This document shows, one piece after another, positions 1 to 10,500 of a stretch of DNA of 64,000 nt. The stretch is from a virus, in the IMG/VR virus record IMGVR_UViG_3300048833_000100, positions 9,896 to 73,895 of that record; one strand, 5' to 3'. The notes beneath the pieces are model-generated. The model ran no database searches and had not been told where the DNA came from. It was given only the letters and a program-made list of their open reading frames with translations. Each line of letters opens with the position of its first letter. The stretch's first letter is position 1. Made by a program: the position numbers and the translations under genes.

Positions 1-2
1 CG

Positions 3-356
3 ACCGTCGGTGCCGCGATCCCGGCTCCCAAACCCATGGCTCGCCCCACGTCGGGCAACCCCTTCGGCAACATGAAGGCCCCGGCTCCCCAGGAACCGAT
101 CGCCAATATCTCGACCGGCGAGGAGCGTGTCCCCGTGATGGACACCGCACCGGATGCCGACCCGGAACCGGAAGTGGGCGAGCCCGTCAACTATGCTCAG
201 GATGACACGGCTGAAGAGCCCCAGACCTCCGAAGAGCCGCCGCTGGTGAAGAAGGCTGGCATCTTCTCGAAGGCCACGGCCAATGTTGACGAGGCGCCGG
301 AAGCGGTGTCCGATGATAAGCCCTCCCCGAAGTCGATCTTCTCGAAGACCGCCTGA
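3..356 (+). CDS. Acidic/Pro-rich hypothetical protein, 5'-truncated (end of replication module)
   Basis: Open frame from the window edge to TGA at 356; low-complexity acidic tail ending KSIFSKTA; followed by a terminator. Confidence 0.6.
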   Translation, partial: TVGAAIPAPKPMARPTSGNPFGNMKAPAPQEPIANISTGEERVPVMDTAPDADPEPEVGEPVNYAQDDTAEEPQTSEEPPLVKKAGIFSKATANVDEAPEAVSDDKPSPKSIFSKTA

Positions 357-378
357 TCCATCCGGCCTGATACGACCA

Positions 379-408
379 GAAAGCACCCTCCGGGGTGCTT
401 TCTCTTTT
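379..408 (+). terminator. Rho-independent terminator
   Basis: gaaagcacc-ctccgg-ggtgctttc hairpin followed by tctttt. Confidence 0.7.
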
Positions 409-427
409 CCCACTTCAGGAGGATCGG

Positions 428-619
428 ATGGCCATCATCCCCCGCACACCCTTCACCCCCGAGTCCATGGACGACCCGTTGACGCTCACTCAGCATCTCT
501 TCGGTGAGACCATGGCTTCGCTCGAGTCCATGCCCCAGAACCGCATGACGGCTCTCGCCAAGACCAAGCTCGAGGAAGGATACTTCTGGCTCCTCGCCGC
601 AGGAGCACAACCCGCATGA
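428..619 (+). CDS. Hypothetical protein
   Basis: SD aggagg before ATG 428; stop overlaps next start (ATGA). Confidence 0.65.
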   Translation: MAIIPRTPFTPESMDDPLTLTQHLFGETMASLESMPQNRMTALAKTKLEEGYFWLLAAGAQPA

Positions 620-783
620 TGAAGTTCATCTTCGGTCTCGGCTATGTCCTCGTCGTCATCGGCGTGATCGGCATTGCCCTCGGGACCACTGTGCTCTTGG
701 TGCAACAGCTTCTGCTGCTCGGTATCCTGCTTCTGGTCGGCGCTGCTGTCTGGAAGTTCTGGATCATGCCGGAAAAACCCTGA
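616..783 (+). CDS. Small two-TM membrane protein (55 aa)
   Basis: Read manually: MMKFIFGLGYVLVVIGVIGIALGTTVLLVQQLLLLGILLLVGAAVWKFWIMPEKP; SD aggag. Confidence 0.6.
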   Translation: MMKFIFGLGYVLVVIGVIGIALGTTVLLVQQLLLLGILLLVGAAVWKFWIMPEKP

Positions 784-795
784 CCCCAAATAGCA

Positions 796-834
796 GAAGC
801 CCCCCTGCCCGTGATTCAGGGGGGCTTCCGTTTT
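796..834 (+). terminator. Rho-independent terminator
   Basis: gaagccccctg...cagggggcttc hairpin followed by cgtttt. Confidence 0.6.
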
Positions 835-1012
835 GGCTCTCGGAGGTCTTTGGGAAAACTGGTTCGAGATCCTGGGAACACCATATCTAGTATCGACCGG
901 AGGTTTAACCCCAAATCTTTCAGACAACCGTCTGATGGGTTTTCACTTGCCTTTTGATAGGGCCAAACTAATTCTGGAAGTCTGATCAATTCAATCGAGT
1001 TCCGGTTGAACC

Positions 1013-1531
1013 ATGGGAGCCCAATCAGTGACTGCCCTGTCTATCCCCACATCCTTGCCTCCGGTCCTGCACCAGATCACCCTGAACACCGGGGAGATCC
1101 GGCACCGAGATCGGGCTGTCATCCCCGTGGATGTGTTACCGGGAGCCCTCGAAGCGATTGATCGCATGGTTCACAAGAACACCTGCATCCCCATGAACTT
1201 CGACGGTGAGTCCTGGCTTGTGGCCGGGCATGCAGAAGACCGCACCCTGACCATCACGCTCTGGCGTGGCACCTGGGACAAGCGGGTGCTCTTCCTATCG
1301 GCCGGCACAGCCCCGGATCTCGTCTCCGGCAAGGCTCTCTGGGCACGACTGCATGAGCACAGCTCCGACCCCATTCCTGACCCACCTCAGGACGTTCCCT
1401 GGATCGCCGAGCGGTTTGAACCCATCGGGTTACTGCTCCCCCAAACCACCATCTGGGCCATCGACTTCTCAGCCATGATCGGCTGGGCCTGGTTGGTCTA
1501 TCTCGCAGCATTGGAACTCCCGGTCCATTGA
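1013..1531 (+). CDS. Hypothetical protein (stand-alone, moron-like)
   Basis: 172-aa ORF after an AT-richer leader; converges on vRNAP. Confidence 0.6.
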   Translation: MGAQSVTALSIPTSLPPVLHQITLNTGEIRHRDRAVIPVDVLPGALEAIDRMVHKNTCIPMNFDGESWLVAGHAEDRTLTITLWRGTWDKRVLFLSAGTAPDLVSGKALWARLHEHSSDPIPDPPQDVPWIAERFEPIGLLLPQTTIWAIDFSAMIGWAWLVYLAALELPVH

Positions 1532-1556
1532 CCGGGAGTTTCCTTTTTGCCCTACC

Positions 1557-4500
1557 CTAGTCGAAGATTGCAGCGACCGGGTGGTTGAACGGGGCATCGA
1601 AGCCCATGGCCGGGCCGAACGAATAGGGCAGCCGTCCATCGAGAGTCGAGCCAAGGAAAGACCCATCCCAGGTGGTGGAAATCCCCGAGGCCGGGCCAAC
1701 ACCCCCCATCATGAACAGCGAGGTGAGCGGCCGGTCCCGCAGGGTCCGGGCCGCGATCTTCATGATCCTGAGCTTGTAGCTCCAGAACCACTGCAGACCC
1801 ATGGTCTCCCGGAAATCCCGTCCCCGGCCCGGCAGACGGTTATACTGCACGAACTCTTCCCGGATCTGGTCGAGAGCATCCTCAGGCTTCATGCCCTTCT
1901 TCTTGGTCAGGTGATCATAGAGCACCGCCTTGGCCACGAAGTCTCCATACTGAACCATCCGGTTCAACCCCTGGAACAGGGCCGAGTCCTTGGTGATCAG
2001 CAGGTTCTTGGCCGTGCCTTGAGCCCAGTCCGGCATCCGGTTTGCGACCCGCTCCAGATACTCCCCCCACTTGCCTTCCCGGATGGCCACATCGGCTTCA
2101 GTCAGGCTTTCGGAGATCGTCGAGAACTCACCGCTCTCGATCAGGGGTGCCACAGAGAGCTTGGCATTGGCTCGATCCAGAACTGCGATCCGTGCCTGCA
2201 GGGCATCCCGACGGGTCGGGTTATTGATCACAGCCGCCATCTCGATCTGCAACCGCTGGATCTCTTCCCGGTTCTTCACATAGGTCGAGATCTCCGAGAA
2301 CTTGTCCCGCATCCCGGTCGCAATGGCGATCGGGCTCACACCCACCATCGAGAGGTGGTAGATGTTGGACAAGATGTTCTGGTAGCCCACCACGATCGAG
2401 CGGACGATGATCGTGGTCTTGGCGAAGGATACCACGGACTCGACCGTATTCTCGAAGGTCTTGAGCTTGCGGAAGGCATGCACCCCAAGAAGACGTTCAG
2501 CCGTCTTCTGGATATTCTGCTGGGTTTTTTCATTCCAGCGGGAGATCCCGGTCCAGGCATCCGTCGTCGAGGCACGTCGGAAACCAATCGCATCCTCGAC
2601 CTGATCCCGTTTCACCCACAGCTCGTCTTTACCGAAGACCTCATGGGCGTGCTGCTTCATCTTCCAGCCCATGGTTCCCCAGGCATCCCGAACCACAGGA
2701 TCCTTTTGGTTCGGGTCCGCGACGTTGATGAACTCGGAGACATCGCCCTTGGCTCGAGCTGCATCATAGGTCTCTTTCAGCACCTCGAGCAGCGCGACGT
2801 TGTTGGCATCCGCCACATTCTCTTCGACGATCCGACCCATCCACACCCCGAGCATCCGTCCGAGGTGATCATCCATCGGCATGGCTTCGGTATGGGCAGG
2901 ATCCATGGGGCGCTGGTGCCCGGCGATCTTGCCCTCCTTGTCGAAGATCGGCAGCAGGTAGTCTCCGGCAGGCAGGTTGTCGAGAGACCCTGGACGTGCC
3001 CGGCCGACCGAGAGCGCAATATCGGCGCTGTCATAGTCGGCAATCAGGCCAGCCGTCTGACCCGGCAGACGCTGGCCGGTATGGGCATCCACACCCATCC
3101 AAGTCTCGTGAACCGTCTGAGCCACCCCCTGACGGAAGGCAGTCTTGCCTGCCACCGTGGAGCGATAGTAGCCCCGCTTCGGCTGACGACCTTCGTTCTT
3201 GTCTCCGACATAATCCCCGACACGGGTGAACCCCCGCTTCAGGAGATTTGCTTGTTGGTCATCCTCGAAGACCATCAAGGCGGCACCTTCCTGCATCAGC
3301 CGTGGGATATACCCCTTCAGACCGTTGTTCTGCGCCACCTGGTTCAGAGCCCCGTCCCTGGTGATCCGCTTCATCTCCAGGGTTCGGGTGCCATTCAGGA
3401 AGCCGGTCAGGGTCTGCATCCCATCAGCCTCGTCCTTGGCCAGATCAGCCAGGGCCTTCTGCGTATCGGCATCGAGCTCGGCAAAGGCATAGAGGCTGGT
3501 CAGCTGGTCAATGGCAGTCACCAGATCTTCCGAGACGGGAGCCACACCCTTGGGTTTGTTCTCCCCGAACAGATGCGCGATGGCATGGGCGTTGGGCAGC
3601 AGGTTCTGCGAGGTCACCTTGCCAGACACCATATAGACGGCCAGTGCCTTGGCCTTGGCGATCTGCCGGGCCGATACAGCACCCCCCAGACCCATGACGG
3701 CTTCTTCGGCATCCGCGATCTTCTGATCCAAAGAACCCAGGTTCCGAAGCAGATCCAACGTCTCGGCATGACCAAGTGCCAGGAGATCCGTGCGAGCCAG
3801 TCCCTTGTGCAGCTGGCTCCACTCCGCACTCGTCAGCGGCCGGGAAAACTTCTTGGCGAGGTTCACCGGAACCCCCTCCCGGAAGTCTTGGCGCAGGGCG
3901 TCAATCTTCGACTTGGCCTTGTTGATCAGACGCAGCAGCCCGATGTTGTCCTTGGTCTGTCCACGGAGATCCGACAGGATCGACCGCAGCTCGTGTTTCC
4001 CTTCGATCCGGTTCAGGAAATAGGTGGCATTGTCCATGTTTTCCTCGGTGCGATCCGGGGATCCCAGAGAGGTCACCAGAGAGGTGACATAGGCCGCCTG
4101 CCCCAGGACGGAGCCTTTGCGCTGCTTGGCCGCATTGACCAGCTTGATCGTTGCCTTGGTCGACTTGTCCTCAACCTGTGATGCCAGCCAGCTGTTGGCC
4201 TGTTCGATCTTCTCGTTCATGGTCTCCAGCCCGGCCATCAGCCGGCGCTTGCCCTGCACCGTGGTCAGAGTCAGGGCGAGCTTCTCCATCTCCTGCCGCA
4301 GGTTGGGCTCCATCTTGCGCGGGTGGATCGACAGACGGGTGATCAGGTTCACCAGAGTGGAACCAATCGACCGGAGGAAATCATCCACCGAGTCCCACTT
4401 CAGATCGGCGATCTTGGGAGCCTCGATCTTCTCCAGCACTTCCCGGAACCCGTCATTGGTCAGGGCCAGGGCTGTGAACACCGCCAGCTGGTCATTCCGG

Positions 4501-7500
4501 TTCGGGGTCTGTTTCTTGATCCCGTCTGCCCCGGCAAGGTGATCCCACATCGCCTCGGCCAGGGATGCACTCACCCCAGGCAGCTTGGTGAAGTCCTGGG
4601 GGGTCACCACCCGCAGCACATGGTCGAAGGCTTCCTGCAGATGCCGATGGATCGGCTTGTCCGCTCGCATGCCTGCCTGCACCGACGCATAGACAGCCTC
4701 GAAGGCCCGTGCCTCCCGAGCGGTCACATTGAAGCCTGCAGCCGCTGCCCGTTCCCGAGCCTTACCAGCCGTGCTCAGACTGTCTGCAACGGCCGTCTGT
4801 GCCTTGGTGGCAGCCTCTGCTTCCGTGATCTTCCCCGCGGCCAGCAGATCATTGACATTGCCCATGCGCTCCAGCCAGAGCCGCATACGACCAAGGAACA
4901 TCTCCTCGACCTCCTGCAGCCTGTCCGAAGCAGGGAAGCTCTGGTCCAGCACCTGATTGACCTGTGCATCTGCACGGGCCACCTCGACAGCTTTTGAGGG
5001 CGCCACCAGCAGGGTTGCGTTGAACTGCAGGTTCGACAGCAACGTGTTGCCGGGGTGGAACCCCACCAGCTTCTTGAAGGCATTGATTGCTCGAGCCACC
5101 CAGGAGATCAGGGGACGGTAGGTCTTGGTCGCCTCGAGCTTCTCCGAGAGCTTCTGGTTCGACAGTGCATAGGAGATCAGCTCGGAGATCTGGGCAGCCG
5201 GATTGCCTTTCTGGGCATGCAGCACCGCATGCAGCTGAGACATGGCGCCTGCACTGGCCCCTTCCGGGACCATCTTCAGGATGTCATCCCGCAGGGCTTC
5301 CAGCTCCTTGACGGCATGGCGGACATGCTCCGGCACCGATCTGGGATCGTCGTAGAAATCGACCAGCCGCTTCATCGTGTGGATGTGGAGCATCTCGTGG
5401 ATCAGAACTTCCGGGGCTGCATGAGCCACGAAGACAACCTGCTTGCCGGCCGAGCTCTGCCCATACTGGATCTGCCCATTGGACTGGTTCAGCCCCTTGG
5501 TCAGTTCCGGGTAGAGGGTATTCCGCACCTGCTCCAGCGCCTTGTTGGAGCCGAAGTAGTAGACCACGTCTTCCGACAGGGGAGCTACTTTCCGCATCCC
5601 CTGGATGGCCCGCAGCTGCTCTTCCGTGGTGTCGGTATCCGCCGTCAGGAGCTGCATCACTGCAGAGCCCTTGATCGAGACCACCCCCGGATGCCCATCA
5701 ACCTCCGTGCCCAATTCAGACACCTTGGCCCGGAACTCGGCACTGGGCTTCTGGGCATAGTCCTTCCGAGAGGCCCCGTCCTTGGCAGCCCTTGCCTGTG
5801 CCTGAAGAGCAGAGAGCTCTTCCCGGTAAAGCTGGTTCAGCTGGCTCGTGATCTCGTCATAGGCGATCGGGGAACCACCCGCCACCACAGTCCCTGGGGA
5901 GACGAAAGGTGCCTGTGCCGACGCCATGTGATCGGTCGAGGTTGCCATCCGTGCCATGGCCCGTTTCCGGGCCGTGCTTTGCATGGCCATCTCATCAAGC
6001 TCCCGCTGCATGTTCACGATGTCTGCGTGCTGCAGGGGCCGGTTACCAACCGTCTTGCGGAAATCCCGCATCGTCTTGTTCAAGGCGTCCTTGGTGTCTT
6101 TGCTCAGATTGGCAAAATCCTGATAGGTCAGGTTCTGGGTCATCTGCCGGAACCCGTCTGCAATCGCCTGATAGGGATTGCCCTCGATCCAGCCATTGTA
6201 GACTTGCTCGTTGATCTGTCGGGATGCCCCTTCGATCTTGTCGGCCGCCAGCTCCACCCCGTCAAAGACCGGGAGAGACATATCGAAATCCCCATTCCCA
6301 TCATGATAGATGTTCAGGATCATCCGACCATCGCCGGTCCCGATCGTCAGGAAGGCACTGACCTTCACCGAAGCATCGGCCGGGGTGACCAGCGTGGCAC
6401 GGGTCTCCATATTCCCGCTGAAGCTGCCACCCACCTTGTAGTCATGGCTTTGATCCCGATCGGGAGCCGCGATCTGGAAGCTCTGTGCATCGGTCCCATA
6501 GATCGGAGCGATCTTCATGCTCTCGGCATAGATGTCCCGCATCCGCTCTTCCGACAACAGACGACGGCCAGGCTTTGGGGTCCATTCCCCGGTGGCACCA
6601 TTGGAGCCTTTCCGTTTGGCTTCCAGTTCCGCTTCAGCCTTCTGGGCTGCATCCTCTTCAGCCTGTGCCTCTTTCAGCTTCCGCAGGAACACATCCCGGA
6701 AGATCAGGGCCTGGACCTGAGATGCCCGTTGTGTGGTTCGCATATGGCTCCCGAGACCCCCCGTGGTCTCGTCGATCGCATCAAACATCGGCTGAGCAAA
6801 ATGGATCTCGATGTTCTTGGCCAGGGTATCGAACATGCGCCCAGACACCGTGGACTCGACCGGGTTGCTAAACCAGTCGTGCATCTCACGACGGGACAGA
6901 CCCATGACTGCCATGAGGTCTTGAACCATCTGATACTCATTGGCCTTCAGGGCATCGAAGTTCCGGTAACCATTTCCTTGCCGAGAGATCTCCGTGAGCA
7001 TCTTGGAGAGCTGTTTCGTCACCACCCCCGCGATTTTATTGGACACGCCATTGACGCCGGAACCATAGAGGAACACGGTCAGTGGGTTCTTCACCGTGTT
7101 GCGGCCGATCCCCACACCCTCCAGCCGACCATCCTCCCCATGCTCCAGTTCGATCTGCAGGAACGCGGGGTCGTTGAACTTCTCAAGGACCCGCAGCACT
7201 GAATGAAGCCGTTCCTGAGAGAAGCCTTCTGGCACATCATCAACCTGCCCATGCACAAGATCGTGCATGCGGGCCTCGAGCCGGTGGGCCGCCATATGAT
7301 AGAGGTCGGTGCGGTTTTCTGCCCGCATCGCCACGAAGTTGTTCAGCGAGATCTCCACATCTGTGAAGAACAGCCCGCCTTTGGCAAACCGCTCGATCTG
7401 GGCTGCATCAAACTCACCCAGGCCCATGTGAACCATGGCATTGATGGGACCGTCTGTCTTGCCATCCGCCTCCAAGGCCAGTGCCGTCTCGAAGGCATTG

Positions 7501-10500
7501 CGGTTGCCCACGACATCCGCCACCTCGACCTGAGCTGCCACCATCAGGGCATGGATCTGTTTGGGGGTCAGTGGCCCGAGTTTTTTGGCAGCCACAGTCT
7601 CCATGAAGTCATTCACGTCGAAGGAGTCTTCGACAATGCCTTCTGCCAGCAGATCAATCAGGGGGGCATATTTGCCCGTCACCAGATCCTGGGCACTCTC
7701 GATCGAATCCTGCACCGATTTCTGTTCGACCTTGACGCCAAGGGACTGGGCAATGGCCAACCAGAGAGCTTCCTCGTGTTTGGCGTTGTCGAGATCCAAT
7801 GTCGAATGGGTTGAGGAGATCATCTCGCGGGCAATCTTGGAGCCCTGTGGGGTCACTGGCCCGGATTGCTGGAGACGCCCCACCGCAGAGACAGCCCACT
7901 CGAAGAAGATCGGCATGTCCCAGATACCATCCTGGGTCTCCGCCACCTGACTGACTTCGTCGATGTAGCCCTGCACCGCGGCCAGATCATGCTCGATCGT
8001 ATTGTTCTTCCCATCAATCGCATCGAGGTGATCGACGTTATAGGTCTTCCGGTCCGCCTCGGAGATCTCCTGGAATCCCAGGAGCGTCTTCACATTCTCA
8101 TCCCCAAGGGCCTGGAAGAAATTGACCATCGGTTTCACCAACCGATTGGGGGTCTCCTGCAGACGCTTCACAACCTTGCGCTCCTGCCTGGACAGCTCCG
8201 CCAGTCGGTTGCCCAGCTGGGTCCGAGCCACTGTCTTCAGTGGCTTGCCGATCAGGCGATCCTTCACACGACCTTGGGTGAGGATATTGGTGAAAGGGGA
8301 CCGCATCTTGACCAGAACCTCGAAGTCCCGATCCAGCAACTGATCGACATGGGGCTCCAGCATGATGAAGTCCCGTGTCACATCCCCGACGGTGACATGC
8401 ACCTTCCGCCAACCAATCCGGCCACGCCCCTCCTCCGGCTTGCCAGCTTTGGTATCCATGAGCAATTCAAGCGACGTGGCTGCCAGAGAACGGAACATCC
8501 CCTGCGTCTGCCGGATCGTCTTCTCATCTCGAGGAGACACATCCAGAAGGACCATCATCTTGTTGGCGATCTGCTCCACAGCTGATTGCTGCGGATGGCC
8601 ATAACGCACTGCCTTTGTCACATTGCCTGGCAGGGACGTGCCTCGAGGCAGTCCCAGGATCTTGGCCATGGCTTCCTCGTCCCGTGGACGCTGCGGCCCA
8701 GTGCTGGCCAGCAGCCATTCATAGACGGCAGCGAAGGCTGCGAACTTCACCTGCTCCGGGAACTCCCGGACCGAGCCTTCTTTCAGGAGGTTCAGGGGGA
8801 GACCGTCACTGGTATTGAGCCATGCGCTGATGGCCTCGCCTTGCAGGTTCCACCCTTTGATGAACTCCTGGGCTGCATTGTCCAGCTCGGCCGAGAACTC
8901 GGTGAAGTTCATCTCCATCACGTTGTCGATGGCATCCCGTTGCTCTTCGGTCACGTCCTCGGACGATCGCACATAGTCCTCAAAGAACTTGTGGGCATCC
9001 TCGATGCCCGGCAACAGGGAGCCGTGCTTCCTTGGCTTGAAGGCATCGAGGAAGACATTGACGCCCTTCATGGGGATCACGAGGATATTTTTCAGGCTCT
9101 CGAACCACCGAACGACGGGGGCATCCTCTACCGGAGCAGCTTCACTGGAGATCTCTTCGATGTCCTGATCGACCGCGGTCTCGGTGGTTTCCTCCTGCTC
9201 TGACCGAGCAGCATCGGCCTCAGCTTCCAGGAACTCCTGACGCTCTGCCTGTGCGATGGCCTCGTCCCCAAAAACCAGGGGAGTGCCGGCAGCTTCAGAC
9301 ACGATGGCGTCGATCAAACCCTGCTGCTCAAAATACCCGGAGCTGTCATCGACTGGGAGAACCCACGCCAGATCGGGATGCTCCCGTGCCGGGATATTAT
9401 CGAGATCGGTGTAGCCGGTTTTGCGGAACAGGCCGGGCGTTGTTCTGGGGGTCACCCCATTATGGCGAAGCTCTCGTGCCACTGGGCCATGCGGAGCAAT
9501 GCCCCCGATGCGAGCCATGTAAGCCGTGAATGGTCGCTTCTGCACCTTTGGCTCACGAGCCGCAGCTGCCTTGGCTCTACGCTCGGCCGCCAGACGCTTC
9601 TTCTCCGCAGCCCGCACTGCCTTCTTCTCTTCCCGTTCCTTGGCCTTGGCTGCCTTTGCTGCAGCCTTCTCCGCAGCCTTGGCCTCAGCCTCTTCTTTGG
9701 TGGTCTTGGCCTGTGCTGCCCGCTCTGCCTTGCGCTCTGCGACCTTCCGGTTCACGGCATCAATCAGCGGATCCATCATCGGATCAGCCTTGGGCTCGAC
9801 AGGCTCTTGTGCCTTGGGGGCATCAGGAACCGGCTTGGCCAGATCCCCTCGCAGCGTGAGCTTCTTGTGCATGTTGGGGACCGAGACAGCTTTCATCTCG
9901 GTCAGTCCATGGGTCTGGATCAGCTGCTTCAGGAGGTCCGCTGCCGCTGTCGCGTCCGCATGGACCTCCTGAGCCAGAGCCACTGAGTTGGGGTTGGTCA
10001 GATCGACCCAGACACCATCCTTGGCTTCCTTGGCATAGAAGCCATAGACCCCCTTGGCGACGAAGGGGACCTTGTGAGACTTGCCCTTGCCGACGGCAGC
10101 CGACTCGTTGAAGGCCTTCATCTTGTTCGACTGGCTCAAGGCGAAGTTCCTGAGATCGGTCAGAGCCCGCATGGCCACATCCCGGTGACCAACCCGCATG
10201 GCGTCATTCACCCGCTTGTAGTGGCCGGACAGGGACAGGGAGGTAACCTCTTCCCCGTTGCGGACGGTATCCATGCCGGTATGGAAGATCTCCTTCCGAA
10301 CCTCATCCTTGGTCTTGGGAGGTTGGGTTCCAGGCTGGGACCAGATCTTGGCCTTCTGGGCATCGAGCTTCTCGAGGGTGGCAAAGATCTTGGCCGCCGC
10401 ACTGAGGTGTTTCCGACGCTCGGCCGTTACGGGGCTCTGCCCCTCCACCGGGCCGAGCTGGTTCAGGACCGTGTCATAGGTTTCCTTGGACAGCAGGGCC

